Counted from the stretch's first letter, positions 19,037-29,314 are shown. The stretch: 64,000 nt of DNA from Candidatus Uhrbacteria bacterium RIFOXYB12_FULL_58_10 (GCA_943354165.1 CALRBH010000004.1:1049-65048), one strand, 5' to 3'. Notes: generated from the sequence alone by a model not told the origin. Numbers and translations: made by a program.

Positions 19037-19151
19037 TCAGCCTCCTCTCGGCTGAATGGAAGCTAGCAGAGAAACGTTGGCCCGGCAAGACACTGTGGTC
19101 CCCCCGTTTTCTTTTTCCACCAACCATCTATACTAACGTCGATATCTCCGC

Positions 19152-19187
19152 ACCCTTACCACCCTAACAGCCCTAACAGCCCTTATC
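19152..19187 (+). repeat. 4x 9-mer tandem repeat (pyrimidine arm only) directly before gnd ATG
   Basis: ACCCTTACC ACCCTAACA GCCCTAACA GCCCTTATC then ATATG. Confidence 0.85.
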
Positions 19188-19189
19188 AT

Positions 19190-20095
19190 ATGCGCCTCGG
19201 CTTCATTGGACTCGGCAAGATGGGAAGCAACATGGTGGAACGAATGCTTGAACATGGTCACAAGCCCGTCGTGTTCGCTCGCACAAAAGCGACGGTGAAC
19301 AAGCTCGTCAAAAAGGGGGCCGAGGGTTCCGATTCGCTCAAGGACATGGTGAGCCAACTGAAGGAACCTCGCCTTGTGTGGCTTATGGTTCCACATGCAG
19401 CCGTCGACGGAGTCCTGAAGGAACTTGTACCGCTCCTCAAGAAAGGCGACATGGTGATCGACGGGGGAAACTCGCCGTTCACGGAATCGGTTAAGCGTGG
19501 AGCACGGCTCAACAAGCGCGGGATTCAGTTCCTCGATATCGGCGTCAGCGGCGGCCCAGGCGGGGCTCGGAGCGGTGCCTGTCTCATGATCGGCGGCTCA
19601 CCATCGATGTACAAGAAGCTGCGCCCGCTGTTTATCGACCTTTCCGTGAAAGATGGGGAGGCGCTCCTCGGCCCATCCGGCGCAGGGCACTTCGCCAAGA
19701 TGGTTCACAATGGCATTGAATACGGCATGATGCAGGCGTTTGCTGAAGGATTCGATGTTCTGAAGACCAAGCGTGCCTTCAAGTACAACCTCCGCACCGT
19801 TGCAAAACTCTACGAACATGGCAGTGTGATCACTTCGCGGTTGAATGCCTGGCTGGAAGATGGTTTCCGCGTGTTCGGGAACGATCTGAAGCCTGTTTCA
19901 GGAAGTGCCGTCGGAACCGGCGAAGGACAGTGGACCGTCGATACGGCAACGAAACTCGGCGTGCCGACCCCAGTCATTTCCGCCTCCGTCGCCGCCCGCA
20001 TTGCGAGCATGAAGAAGCCAAGCTTCCAAGGAAAGGTCGTTATGACCATGCGCAATCGATTCGGCGGGCATGATGCGAATCCAACCAAAAAATAG
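19190..20095 (+). CDS. gnd: 6-phosphogluconate dehydrogenase (short YqeC type)
   Basis: GFIGLGKMG, WLMVP, IDGGNS, GVSGG, KMVHNGIEYG, GEGQWT, RNRFGGH. Confidence 0.95.
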   Translation: MRLGFIGLGKMGSNMVERMLEHGHKPVVFARTKATVNKLVKKGAEGSDSLKDMVSQLKEPRLVWLMVPHAAVDGVLKELVPLLKKGDMVIDGGNSPFTESVKRGARLNKRGIQFLDIGVSGGPGGARSGACLMIGGSPSMYKKLRPLFIDLSVKDGEALLGPSGAGHFAKMVHNGIEYGMMQAFAEGFDVLKTKRAFKYNLRTVAKLYEHGSVITSRLNAWLEDGFRVFGNDLKPVSGSAVGTGEGQWTVDTATKLGVPTPVISASVAARIASMKKPSFQGKVVMTMRNRFGGHDANPTKK

Positions 20096-20096
20096 T

Positions 20097-21431
20097 ATGG
20101 CAGCAGACACAGCCCTCATTGTCTTCGGCGCAACCGGAGATCTTACCCAACGCAAGCTATATCCTTCGCTTTACCATTTGGCTAAGCGAGGTCTTTTGCC
20201 GAAGTCATTTTCGCTCTACGGCGTTTCCCGCAAGGAGTTGAACGACGCTGACTTCCGCTCCAACATCGAACGCGACATCCGCATGTTCGCGCACGGGGAG
20301 ATCGATCAGGCCGCCGTCGACATGGTGACCAGCCACGCCCACTATCTTTCGGCCGACCTGAACCATCGGGAAGGATACGAACGATTGAATGCGCGTTTGA
20401 AGCCATCCACGCTGCGCCTCTTTTATTTGGCCCTTCCACCCCGATTATTCGCGCCAATCGTTGAGAACATCAAAACGTGTGGGCTGGGAAAGGCACTTGG
20501 AGCATCGAAGTCACGCGTAATCGTAGAAAAGCCTTTTGGGTACGATTTTGCCACAGCAAAAAAGCTTGAACACATCGTTAGTTCAGCCTTCGATGAGAAG
20601 CAAATCTTTCGCATCGACCATTATCTCGGAAAAGAATCGGTCCAAAACCTACTCACATTCCGCGCGAAGAATTCCGTGTTCGAAGATTCGTTGAACCGGA
20701 ATGCCGTCGCCTCCATTCACATTGATGCATTGGAGTCCGTAGGTCTCGAAGATCGCGGCGCGTACTACGACGGGGCAGGGTCAATCCGTGACATGGTCCA
20801 GAATCATCTTCTTCAGCTTGTCGCATTCCTCACCATGGACCTGCCCGCAAAGATGACGGCGGAAGCGGAACAGTCAGCGCGGGCGAAACTGCTCGCAACT
20901 GTTCGGCCACATACGTCGAAGGGAGCAATCGTGCTCGGACAATATGCTGGGTACAAGAGCGAACCGAACGTAAATCCTAAATCGACGACCGACACGTATT
21001 CGTCGCTCACATTCACCATCAACAATCCACGCTGGCGCGGCGTTCCCGTGTTCATCCGAACAGGGAAACACCTGAAAGAAAAACTTACGAACGTCACTGT
21101 CTTGTTTAAGCCGGTTCGCGGCGAAGCTCCAAACCGCCTTTCATTCAGACTCGATCCGCATCCAGAAATATCGCTGGTTCTGAACGTCGTTCAGCCGGGA
21201 TTTACCAAAAAAACCGACCCGGCCATCATGCATTACAGCCGAAGCACGCATTACACAGAGCCACCAATCGGAGATTACGAACGCCTCCTGCTCGCCATTA
21301 TGGACGGGGATCACTCTCTCTTCGTGAGCGCGGCGGAAGTGCTCTCATCCTGGAAGGCCGTCGATCCATTTCTTAAGAAGGCTAAGACCATGAAACCGAA
21401 GGTTTATAGCAAAGGATCACTGGCGCCGTAG
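20097..21431 (+). CDS. zwf: Glucose-6-phosphate 1-dehydrogenase
   Basis: FGATGDL, EKPFG, RIDHYLGKE, DMVQNHLLQ. Confidence 0.96.
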   Translation: MAADTALIVFGATGDLTQRKLYPSLYHLAKRGLLPKSFSLYGVSRKELNDADFRSNIERDIRMFAHGEIDQAAVDMVTSHAHYLSADLNHREGYERLNARLKPSTLRLFYLALPPRLFAPIVENIKTCGLGKALGASKSRVIVEKPFGYDFATAKKLEHIVSSAFDEKQIFRIDHYLGKESVQNLLTFRAKNSVFEDSLNRNAVASIHIDALESVGLEDRGAYYDGAGSIRDMVQNHLLQLVAFLTMDLPAKMTAEAEQSARAKLLATVRPHTSKGAIVLGQYAGYKSEPNVNPKSTTDTYSSLTFTINNPRWRGVPVFIRTGKHLKEKLTNVTVLFKPVRGEAPNRLSFRLDPHPEISLVLNVVQPGFTKKTDPAIMHYSRSTHYTEPPIGDYERLLLAIMDGDHSLFVSAAEVLSSWKAVDPFLKKAKTMKPKVYSKGSLAP

Positions 21432-21436
21432 TAATA

Positions 21437-21467
21437 CAAAAGCCCCCGCCGATGGCGGGGGCTTTTG
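21437..21467. terminator. Bidirectional intrinsic terminator
   Basis: CAAAAGCCCCCGCC-gat-GGCGGGGGCTTTTG perfect inverted repeat. Confidence 0.85.
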
Positions 21468-21468
21468 C

Positions 21469-21597
21469 TTACGCGGTGGCTTTGGCGGCTTTTGCAGCGG
21501 CCTTAGTCATGCGGACAGCCTTCTTGATGCGGCGCGCAATGATGTTTTCTTTGCGGGCTGCCTTCCAAATTGTGCGGTTTTTCTTGCGATCGCCCAT
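21469..21597 (-). CDS. Small, highly basic 42-aa protein (not in ORF track)
   Basis: MGDRKKNRTIWKAARKENIIARRIKKAVRMTKAAAKAAKATA*; fills the zwf-pepA gap and ends at the terminator. Confidence 0.7.
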   Translation of the reverse strand: MGDRKKNRTIWKAARKENIIARRIKKAVRMTKAAAKAAKATA

Positions 21598-21668
21598 AGG
21601 AGTAGTTAAGTAATGCCAGGATAGTAACCGATTGACTGGCCCGTGTCAATTGCTACACTGGGTTGACT

Positions 21669-23162
21669 ATGAAATTGCACATCCAAAAGGGTGATTTGAA
21701 GGAGGTACAGGTCGACCTTTTGGTCGTAAACCTGTTTGAGGGCATGAAGAAGCTGGGCGGGGCCACACTGGCAATTGATACCGCCGCCGGGGGAGTTATC
21801 TTGGAATCGATGGTTGAGGAAGGATTCACCGGTAAGCGTGGCGAGACCCTCCGCATTCGTCGCATCAGCGGAGTGAAGGCAAAGCACGTACTCATGGTCG
21901 GCCTTGGAAAAAAGGAAGATTTTGATGAGGAAGCCGTGCGCATTGCCGCGGCAACCTCGTTGAACGAAGCCAAGGCTGTGAAGGCGAAAACTGTCGCATC
22001 CGTTTTGCATGGAGCAGGGAACGGCGGGCTCTCGGCAAAGACCGCCGGCAAGGCGATGGCCGAAGGGATTTTCCTCGCCAACTATTCATACACTACACAC
22101 AAGAGCAAGCCCGACGAATCGTCGATTGAACAGTTCGATATTCTCACGACCAATGGGTCGACGGCGCGCCTGGCAGAAGCCGGCGTCGCAATCGGCGAGA
22201 CCTACGCACACGCCACGATTGTTGCGCGTGACCTTGTGAACTCTCCAGCCGGACACCAGTCTCCGATGGAACTCGCCCTCGCAGCCAAGGAACTCGTGAA
22301 AGGGCAAGGAGTAAAAGTGACGCTTTACGAACAGGCCGAGATCGAAAAGTTCGGCATGGGCGGGCTTCTTGGTATCGCAAAGGGATCCGACCATCCACCG
22401 GTTTTAGTACACATGGTCTACAAGCCGAAAGGGAAGGCAAAGAAGCGCATCGCCCTCGTCGGAAAGGCCCTCACCTTTGATACGGGCGGATATTCCCTCA
22501 AGCCAACCTCATCAATGGACACCATGAAGCTCGACATGGCAGGAGCCGCCGCCGTAATCGGCGCGTTCTCGGTGATCGGAGACGTGGCTCCAAACGTGGA
22601 AGTCCACGGCTTCTTCGGCGCCTGCGAAAACATGGTCTCCGGCCGCGCGATTCGCCCAGGTGACGTTGTCACCATCATGAACGGCAAGACGATGGAAATC
22701 CTAAACACCGACGCCGAAGGCCGCGTCACCCTCGCCGACGTCCTGACCTTCGCCCTCCGATCCGAACCAGATGCTATAATCGACCTCGCAACGCTTACTG
22801 GAGCCTGCGTGGTGGCTCTAGGCGAAGAGATCACGGGTCTCATGACGAACAATCCGGCTCTTGGTGAAAAAGTGAAGGCTGCGTTCACTTCGGCTGGTGA
22901 GAACGTCTGGGAACTTCCGCTCGAAAAGGCGTATCGCCCGCTCATTAACTCCGACATCGCCGACTACAAAAACGACGCCCCACGCTGGGGCGGCGCCCTG
23001 ACCGCCGGCCTTCTCCTCCAGGAATTCGTCGACGGAAAACCATGGGTCCACCTCGATATTGCCGGTCCAGCTTTCGCAGAAAAGAACATCAATGCCTACA
23101 CCAAGAAGGGTGGCACAGGCCACGCCGTCCGAACCCTCATCGAGCTCATCAAATCCTACTAG
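21669..23162 (+). CDS. pepA: Leucyl aminopeptidase (M17)
   Basis: GKALTFDTGG, MKLDMAGAA, NTDAEGR, DLATLTGA, WVHLDIAG. Confidence 0.96.
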   Translation: MKLHIQKGDLKEVQVDLLVVNLFEGMKKLGGATLAIDTAAGGVILESMVEEGFTGKRGETLRIRRISGVKAKHVLMVGLGKKEDFDEEAVRIAAATSLNEAKAVKAKTVASVLHGAGNGGLSAKTAGKAMAEGIFLANYSYTTHKSKPDESSIEQFDILTTNGSTARLAEAGVAIGETYAHATIVARDLVNSPAGHQSPMELALAAKELVKGQGVKVTLYEQAEIEKFGMGGLLGIAKGSDHPPVLVHMVYKPKGKAKKRIALVGKALTFDTGGYSLKPTSSMDTMKLDMAGAAAVIGAFSVIGDVAPNVEVHGFFGACENMVSGRAIRPGDVVTIMNGKTMEILNTDAEGRVTLADVLTFALRSEPDAIIDLATLTGACVVALGEEITGLMTNNPALGEKVKAAFTSAGENVWELPLEKAYRPLINSDIADYKNDAPRWGGALTAGLLLQEFVDGKPWVHLDIAGPAFAEKNINAYTKKGGTGHAVRTLIELIKSY

Positions 23163-23164
23163 TT

Positions 23165-23449
23165 ATGCACGAGGTCGCCTCCCCCTACAGAAAACTCGTC
23201 CTCGTCTGCACGAACGAACGCCTTGGCGCCGAAGAGTGCTGTGCCGCCGGCCGTGCGGCCGAGATCCACAAGGCAATCAAGTTTGCCGTCCGCGAAAAGG
23301 ACCTGACCGTTCGTGTCAGTAAATCCGGCTGTCTCGACCAGTGCAAAAACGGCCCCGTCGTCTGCATCCAGCCGGACAACAAGTGGTTCTTCCATGTGAA
23401 GATGGAGGATGTACCGGCGATCGTGGAAGCGGTGATCAAAACAACGTAA
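23165..23449 (+). CDS. Thioredoxin-like (2Fe-2S) ferredoxin
   Basis: VCTNER...CC, SGCLDQCKNGPVVCIQPD. Confidence 0.88.
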   Translation: MHEVASPYRKLVLVCTNERLGAEECCAAGRAAEIHKAIKFAVREKDLTVRVSKSGCLDQCKNGPVVCIQPDNKWFFHVKMEDVPAIVEAVIKTT

Positions 23450-23453
23450 CAAA

Positions 23454-23480
23454 AAACGCCCTGCCGATGACAGGGCGTTT
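23454..23480. terminator. Bidirectional terminator
   Basis: AAACGCCCTG...CAGGGCGTTT between convergent genes. Confidence 0.75.
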
Positions 23481-23485
23481 ATGTT

Positions 23486-24034
23486 TTACGCCTTTCCAAG
23501 CGTCTTCTCGCCCTTCTTCCAATCCATCGGACAAAGCTCCCCACTCTGCAACGCCTCCAAAACCCGGAGCGTCTCCGCAACCGACCGACCTACGCCAAGG
23601 TCGTGGTAAAGCGCATAGCGCAGGATTCCATCTGGATCAATGATGAACGTCCCACGCAACGCGATGCCCTTATCGGCCATGAGCACGCCGTAATCGCGGC
23701 TCATCGAGCGAGTGATATCGGAGAACAAAGGATAGTTCAGATCACCGAGTTCCTTGAGCCAAGCCTTGTGCGAGTGAACCGAATCCGTGGATCCGCCGAG
23801 CACTTCGGCCTTGAGCTTTTTGAATTCGTCGTAATGTGTCGAGAACGCAGTGATTTCCGTCGGACACACGAAGGTGAAGTCGAGCGGGTAAAAGAACAGG
23901 ACGACCCATTTACCTTTGTAATCCGACAGGCTAACTGTCTTGAATTCGCCGCCCTTAACCACAACCTCACACTTGAAGTGCGGAGCAAGGAGTCCTACCT
24001 GGGCCATCTGCGGAGCGTGGAGATTTTCTTCCAT
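23486..24034 (-). CDS. ahpC: 2-Cys peroxiredoxin
   Basis: [27 protein letters not shown]. Confidence 0.95.
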   Translation of the reverse strand: MEENLHAPQMAQVGLLAPHFKCEVVVKGGEFKTVSLSDYKGKWVVLFFYPLDFTFVCPTEITAFSTHYDEFKKLKAEVLGGSTDSVHSHKAWLKELGDLNYPLFSDITRSMSRDYGVLMADKGIALRGTFIIDPDGILRYALYHDLGVGRSVAETLRVLEALQSGELCPMDWKKGEKTLGKA

Positions 24035-24035
24035 A

Positions 24036-24662
24036 TTAGTTCAAAGATACTTTACTTACCTTTTCGAATACTGCGCTGACGGCCTTCCAGTCCATGTTCT
24101 TCCAGAAGTCGGCAATGTAAGCCTTGCGATCCGATCCATAATCCAGGAAGTACGCGTGTTCGAACACGTCGAGAACGATGATCGGGAGACATCCCCAGAC
24201 GCCGCCCTGGTTGTGGCTGTCGCAGCCGTAGATCTTCAATCTACCAAGCTGAGCGTCCCAGGCAAGAACCGTCCATCCGCGCACGGCCATGCCGGTAGCA
24301 GAGAACATCGCGACGAATTTCTCCATCGATCCCCACTTTTCCTTAATGGCATCCGTGAGCGCTCCAGCCGGAGTCCCATCGCCACCAAGGCCGTTAAAGT
24401 AATACTCATGCAGATATACGCCGTTTGCTACAAACGTCTCACCTTCGCGCAATCCGCGCAGCGCCGAGTAGCTCTGGTTGGCGTCCGCGAGCCCATCGCC
24501 GCTCTCGGCCATGTCCTTGAGCTTTTGCCCGACTTCCTTCATCTTATTCACGTAGCCGACGTAGAGTTTGTCGTGATGGATCGCTATCGTCTTCTCCGAG
24601 ATACCCGTAAGGGGTTTGGAGAAGGGTAATTGCTTTTGCTCGTACTGAGTTGTAGAAGGCAT
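24036..24662 (-). CDS. Fe/Mn superoxide dismutase
   Basis: [23 protein letters not shown]. Confidence 0.93.
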   Translation of the reverse strand: MPSTTQYEQKQLPFSKPLTGISEKTIAIHHDKLYVGYVNKMKEVGQKLKDMAESGDGLADANQSYSALRGLREGETFVANGVYLHEYYFNGLGGDGTPAGALTDAIKEKWGSMEKFVAMFSATGMAVRGWTVLAWDAQLGRLKIYGCDSHNQGGVWGCLPIIVLDVFEHAYFLDYGSDRKAYIADFWKNMDWKAVSAVFEKVSKVSLN

Positions 24663-24698
24663 ATGATAAATGGGTTCGGGGGTAGAATAGAGAAAAAT

Positions 24699-25754
24699 AT
24701 GAAAGGATTCAAGCGCGCGTTTACCATCTTCCTGATCCTCTTACCTGGGATTGGCACTTTTGCGTACCAGTGGTGGTTATATCGCACGCCAGCTGGTCCC
24801 GTTGCGGTGCAGGTAAACGGAATCGAATCGTTCCAGGAATCGTCGCTTCGCAAGGCTTTAGATGTCGATGCCATGCCAGCCCTGAAAAGCGTCCGGTACG
24901 AATCCGTCGCGGAAGCAGATGCATATTTGAAGGATACGGGAAGCGGGCTTGATGTGAAGATCGGAAGGGACGAACGCTATTACCCGTTCCAGATCCTCGC
25001 CTGGCATGAGGCCGTGAACGACGTGCTTGGAAAAATCCCCGTCCTCGTGACCGCAACGCCGCTTGTCGGAACCTCCGCCGTATTCGATCGTCGATTGCTA
25101 GACGGGACTTTACTCACCTTCAATGGAACGGATCTCATCTGGAACAACGCGCGCTTGCTGAAGGATACAAAGACTGGATCGCTCTGGATGCCAGGTCTCG
25201 GCTACGCCGTCGCTGGATCCCTTAAAGGAACGCAGCTGATCCAAATTGCTTCCGTGACGGAACGATCTTGGATTTCGATTAAGACGGAGGGATTCGCTGG
25301 CGATGTCCTTTCCCGCATCAACACTGGATACGAACGCGACTACACCCGCGATCCACACGAAGGGTACGCCACGAAAGCCGACGTCATTTTCCCGGTAGAA
25401 GCCTTGGATCCGCGCCTTCCGCCTAAGGAACGCGTATTCGGCATGCGATCAGGAAACTTCACAAAAGCCTGGACGGAAGCGAGTCTGCAATCGCAAATTG
25501 TACTGAGCGATACGGTGGGCGACGAACCGGTAGTTCTCTTGTACGATACGGACACTGGAACCATGCAGGCGTTCAAACGATATGTCGATGGAAATACGCT
25601 CACCTTTGTCCTCGACGACGACCTCGGCATCATCGACGAAAAAACAAAGAAAAGCCTTAAAACTTTTTCCTTGGAACCCATCGCCCTCACGCCTGCCTAC
25701 TGGTTCTTCTGGTTCGCTGCTTACCCTCACACAGAACTCTATGTCGCACGGTAG
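24699..25754 (+). CDS. DUF3179-like membrane-anchored protein
   Basis: YPFQILAWHEAVND, DTKTGSLW, GYERDY..DP, PKERVFG, YWFFWFAAYP. Confidence 0.75.
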   Translation: MKGFKRAFTIFLILLPGIGTFAYQWWLYRTPAGPVAVQVNGIESFQESSLRKALDVDAMPALKSVRYESVAEADAYLKDTGSGLDVKIGRDERYYPFQILAWHEAVNDVLGKIPVLVTATPLVGTSAVFDRRLLDGTLLTFNGTDLIWNNARLLKDTKTGSLWMPGLGYAVAGSLKGTQLIQIASVTERSWISIKTEGFAGDVLSRINTGYERDYTRDPHEGYATKADVIFPVEALDPRLPPKERVFGMRSGNFTKAWTEASLQSQIVLSDTVGDEPVVLLYDTDTGTMQAFKRYVDGNTLTFVLDDDLGIIDEKTKKSLKTFSLEPIALTPAYWFFWFAAYPHTELYVAR

Positions 25755-26421
25755 CCTCTACGTCGTCGCCACCCCCATCGGGAATCTTTCAGACGTCACG
25801 GCACGATCAAAAGAGATCCTTTCGACGGTCGACGCGATTCTTTGCGAAGACACACGTGTAACGTCCAAGTTGCTCGCGTCGCTTGCGATTAAGAAGACGC
25901 TTATCGCCTATCACCAGCATTCGGACGACGTTCGCGTCGATGAAATTCTTGCGCGGCTTGCGAAAGGGCAGTCGCTTGCGTTGGTTACTGACGCTGGCAC
26001 GCCGGGTATTTCAGATCCTGGAGGCAAGCTCGTCCATTCGATCGTCATTGGTCTCCCCGACGTCGCCATCATTCCAATTCCAGGACCATGCGCAGCCATC
26101 GCCGCGCTTTCCGTCAGTGGATTTCCAACGGACCGATTCGTCTTCCTTGGATTCCCGCCACACAAGAAGGGGAGAATGACCTACTTCAAGGAACTCGCTG
26201 AACGCGAGGAGACGGTCGTTTTTTACGAAAGCACGCATAGGATCGAAAAGACACTCGCGGAACTCGAAGCCAGGATCGGCGATCGCCAGGTCGTCGTTTG
26301 TCGCGAACTTACGAAATTACACGAGACCACGTACCGCGGAACGGTGGCGGAGGTGACAGCGGCGCTAAAAGCGACTAGTATTCGCGGTGAATTCGTGATC
26401 GTATGCAAAAATTCTACGTAA
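25741..26421 (+). CDS. rsmI: 16S rRNA C1402 2'-O-methyltransferase
   Basis: LYVVATPIGNL, CEDTR, DAGTPGISDPG, RELTKLHE. Confidence 0.96.
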   Translation: MSHGSLYVVATPIGNLSDVTARSKEILSTVDAILCEDTRVTSKLLASLAIKKTLIAYHQHSDDVRVDEILARLAKGQSLALVTDAGTPGISDPGGKLVHSIVIGLPDVAIIPIPGPCAAIAALSVSGFPTDRFVFLGFPPHKKGRMTYFKELAEREETVVFYESTHRIEKTLAELEARIGDRQVVVCRELTKLHETTYRGTVAEVTAALKATSIRGEFVIVCKNST

Positions 26422-27911
26422 CCATCCCCATCTACTACGCGAACGGTAAACCGTCCGTGGGGCATGCGTACACCACCATCGCCGCCGACGTCCTCGCCCG
26501 CTACCATCGTCTTCTCGGCAAAGACGTATTTTTTCTTGCCGGACTCGATGAGAACAGCCAGAAAAACATCGAAGCCGCACAGGCCGTAGGGAAAGGTGAT
26601 GACATTCAGGGCTACCTCGATGAGATGGCCGCTCTTTGGGAACGCACGTTCGATGGGCTTGGGATCACCCACAATCGTTTCATTCGAACGACGGAAGCCG
26701 ATCACGCAAAGGCTGTCGTAAAATTCTGGAAGGCGGTCGAAGCGAAAGGGGACATCTACCAGGGCGAATACGAAGGTCTCTACTGCAAGGGCTGCGAAGC
26801 TTTTTACAGCGAAGCGGATCTTGTTGATGGAAAATGCCCACTCCACCTCACCGTCCCAGCCCACATCAAGGAGAAAAACTATTTCTTCAAGCTCACTAAG
26901 TACCGTGACGCGCTGCTCGAACATATTGGCAAGCATCCGGAATTCATCCAACCTTCCAGCCGTCGCAACGAAATCGTGAGCTACATCGAAAAGTTCATGA
27001 CCGACACGTCGATTTCCCGTTCGACGATGAAATGGGGAATCCCCGTTCCTGGCGATGAAAGCCAACGCGTTTACGTTTGGTTCGATGCCTTGATCAACTA
27101 CCTCACGGGCGTTGGCTACGGAACCGACGAAGCGAACTTCAAGAAATGGTGGCCAGCGAATCTTCACCTCGTCGGCAAGGACATCATCAAATTCCACTGC
27201 GCCATTTGGCCAGCCATGCTCATGTCCGCCGGCATACCGCTCCCTGAACGCGTATTCGCGCACGGATTCTTCACCGTCGATGGCCAGAAAATGTCGAAGT
27301 CCCTCGGAAACGTCGTGGATCCAGTCGACATCGCCACCAAGTACAGTAATGATGTCCTCCGATTCTTCCTCATGCGCGAAATTCGTTTCGGAGAAGACGG
27401 CGACTATTCGTCGAAGCGTCTCGAAGAACGCTATAACGGCGACCTCGCGAACGAACTCGGCAATCTTGTTCACCGCGTCATCACGATGGCGGAAAAATAC
27501 TTCGACAGCAAAGTTCCAGCGAAAGCTGATGGATTCCTCGCGGGCGCCTGGCCTGCGTACCAATCCGCGATGGAAGAGGTTCGCCTGTACGACGCGCTAG
27601 AAATTGCGTGGAGTCTTGTTCGCCAATCCAACCAGTTCATCGATGAGAAGCGGCCATGGGAACTCGCTAAGCTCAAGGAAGATAAGATGCTCTCGGACAG
27701 CATTTATGTCTTGCTCGAAACCTTGCGCCACATCGCCTGGATGCTTTTGCCGCTGATGCCAGACACGGCGGAGAAGATCTTCACCAAGCTTGGACTCGAA
27801 GTTTCGAAGGAGCTCGGTCAATCTCAAGCGAGCGCGTGGGTTTGGGGAGAACTCGCCCCTGGTGCTACACTAGTGAAAGGTGAGCCGCTTTTCCCGCGGC
27901 GCGAAGTGTGA
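26403..27911 (+). CDS. metG: Methionine--tRNA ligase (short form)
   Basis: PIYYANG, YVWFDAL, GKDIIKFH, KMSKSLGN. Confidence 0.96.
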   Translation: MQKFYVTIPIYYANGKPSVGHAYTTIAADVLARYHRLLGKDVFFLAGLDENSQKNIEAAQAVGKGDDIQGYLDEMAALWERTFDGLGITHNRFIRTTEADHAKAVVKFWKAVEAKGDIYQGEYEGLYCKGCEAFYSEADLVDGKCPLHLTVPAHIKEKNYFFKLTKYRDALLEHIGKHPEFIQPSSRRNEIVSYIEKFMTDTSISRSTMKWGIPVPGDESQRVYVWFDALINYLTGVGYGTDEANFKKWWPANLHLVGKDIIKFHCAIWPAMLMSAGIPLPERVFAHGFFTVDGQKMSKSLGNVVDPVDIATKYSNDVLRFFLMREIRFGEDGDYSSKRLEERYNGDLANELGNLVHRVITMAEKYFDSKVPAKADGFLAGAWPAYQSAMEEVRLYDALEIAWSLVRQSNQFIDEKRPWELAKLKEDKMLSDSIYVLLETLRHIAWMLLPLMPDTAEKIFTKLGLEVSKELGQSQASAWVWGELAPGATLVKGEPLFPRREV

Positions 27912-28384
27912 ATTTCATCGACCTTGCCCTTATTCTCCTGATTTCAGGGTTCGTCTTCTTCGGACTGTTCTTCGGGTTTGTGCGAACGCTGAGCGGCCTC
28001 ATCGGAACCATTCTTGGTTTTTTCCTCACGAGCTGGCTGATCGGCCCCGTGTCCGCATTTCTTGGAAGCATCGTGAGCGGATCGGTGGGAAAGGTCGTTC
28101 TGTTCGTATTCATCTTCTTCATCGTCACACGCCTCATCGGCATCGTCTTCTGGCTGCTTGGCAAAGTGCTCGGAATCCTCGCGTGGATTCCTTTCGCCGG
28201 GCTACTCGATAGGATCGTCGGCGCCGTGTTCGGATTCGTGGAAGGCATCGTGTTCGTCGGCGTCGGCCTCTACTTCATCCTCCAATATCTGCCAGACGAT
28301 GCGGTGCGCGCCACGCTCGCCGCTTCCGTAGTAGGGAAGTACCTGCTCGCGTTGGTGGCAGGAATTACTGCACTTGCGGGCTAA
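27908..28384 (+). CDS. CvpA family membrane protein
   Basis: MNFIDL, G...GFVR, LDRIVGAVFG. Confidence 0.85.
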   Translation: MNFIDLALILLISGFVFFGLFFGFVRTLSGLIGTILGFFLTSWLIGPVSAFLGSIVSGSVGKVVLFVFIFFIVTRLIGIVFWLLGKVLGILAWIPFAGLLDRIVGAVFGFVEGIVFVGVGLYFILQYLPDDAVRATLAASVVGKYLLALVAGITALAG

Positions 28385-28385
28385 T

Positions 28386-29237
28386 ATGCTTATCGATACG
28401 CACTGTCACGTCCACGTGAATGCTTTTAAGGACGACATGGACGAAGTCATCAAGCGCGCGCTTGCATCGGGAGTAAAAATGATCACGGTCGGCACGCAGC
28501 GCGACACGAGTGCGAGCGGACTCCTCGTTGCGGAAAAATACGAGGGCGTCTGGGCCTCCGTGGGCCTGCACCCAAACCACGTCTGCGATCCCGAGTTCCT
28601 CGATCCCAACGAACTCGAGCATCCAGTTCACGGCGAGACCTTCGATCCTGGCTATTATCGAAAGCTGGCGCTTCATCCGAAGTGCGTAGCGATCGGCGAA
28701 TGCGGGCTCGATTATTATCGATTACCTGAAGGAGGCGACCACGCCTTGATGAAACGAAAACAGGAGGAGGCACTCCGCGCGCACTTCGACCTGGCAACAG
28801 AACTGGGGAAGCCAGTCATCATCCATTGCCGCGACGCGCACGCCGAACAGACGAAGATCATCCGCGAATACGTCGAAGCGGGAAAACTCGCACGCCGTGG
28901 CGTGATTCATTGCTTTACCGGCACGCTCGATGAGGCACGCGCCTACATCGAACTTGGCTTTTACATTTCGTTTACGGGCATTATCACCTTCCCGCCACGC
29001 AAGGATGAGGGGGAAGTCAGCCCTCTCCAGCAAACTGTCAAGGGTATTTCCATTGACCGAATTCTGATCGAAACCGATGCACCATATTTGACCCCCATTC
29101 CGTTCCGCGGCAAGCGGAACGAGCCGGCTCACGTGAAATTTGTTGCAGAAAAAATCGCGCAGTTAAAGGGCATGACTATGGAGGAAGTGGCTAAGATTAC
29201 GACAGAAAACGCACAGCAGCTGTTTGACCTGAACTAG
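28386..29237 (+). CDS. tatD: TatD family DNase
   Basis: IDTHCH, GLHP, AIGECGLDY, IHCRDA, HCFTG, ETDAPY. Confidence 0.93.
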   Translation: MLIDTHCHVHVNAFKDDMDEVIKRALASGVKMITVGTQRDTSASGLLVAEKYEGVWASVGLHPNHVCDPEFLDPNELEHPVHGETFDPGYYRKLALHPKCVAIGECGLDYYRLPEGGDHALMKRKQEEALRAHFDLATELGKPVIIHCRDAHAEQTKIIREYVEAGKLARRGVIHCFTGTLDEARAYIELGFYISFTGIITFPPRKDEGEVSPLQQTVKGISIDRILIETDAPYLTPIPFRGKRNEPAHVKFVAEKIAQLKGMTMEEVAKITTENAQQLFDLN

Positions 29238-29263
29238 AAGAAGACCCAGACGGGTCTTTTTTT
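29238..29263 (+). terminator. Intrinsic terminator after tatD
   Basis: AAGAAGACCC-agac-GGGTCTTTTTTT. Confidence 0.75.
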
Positions 29264-29270
29264 ATTCCCA

Positions 29271-29299
29271 TTGACGCGTTCAGCCAAAACTCGTACAAT
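29271..29299 (+). promoter_or_regulatory. atp operon sigma70 promoter
   Basis: TTGACG-17 nt-TACAAT. Confidence 0.75.
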
Positions 29300-29314
29300 C
29301 CGGCCCGTAATCGT

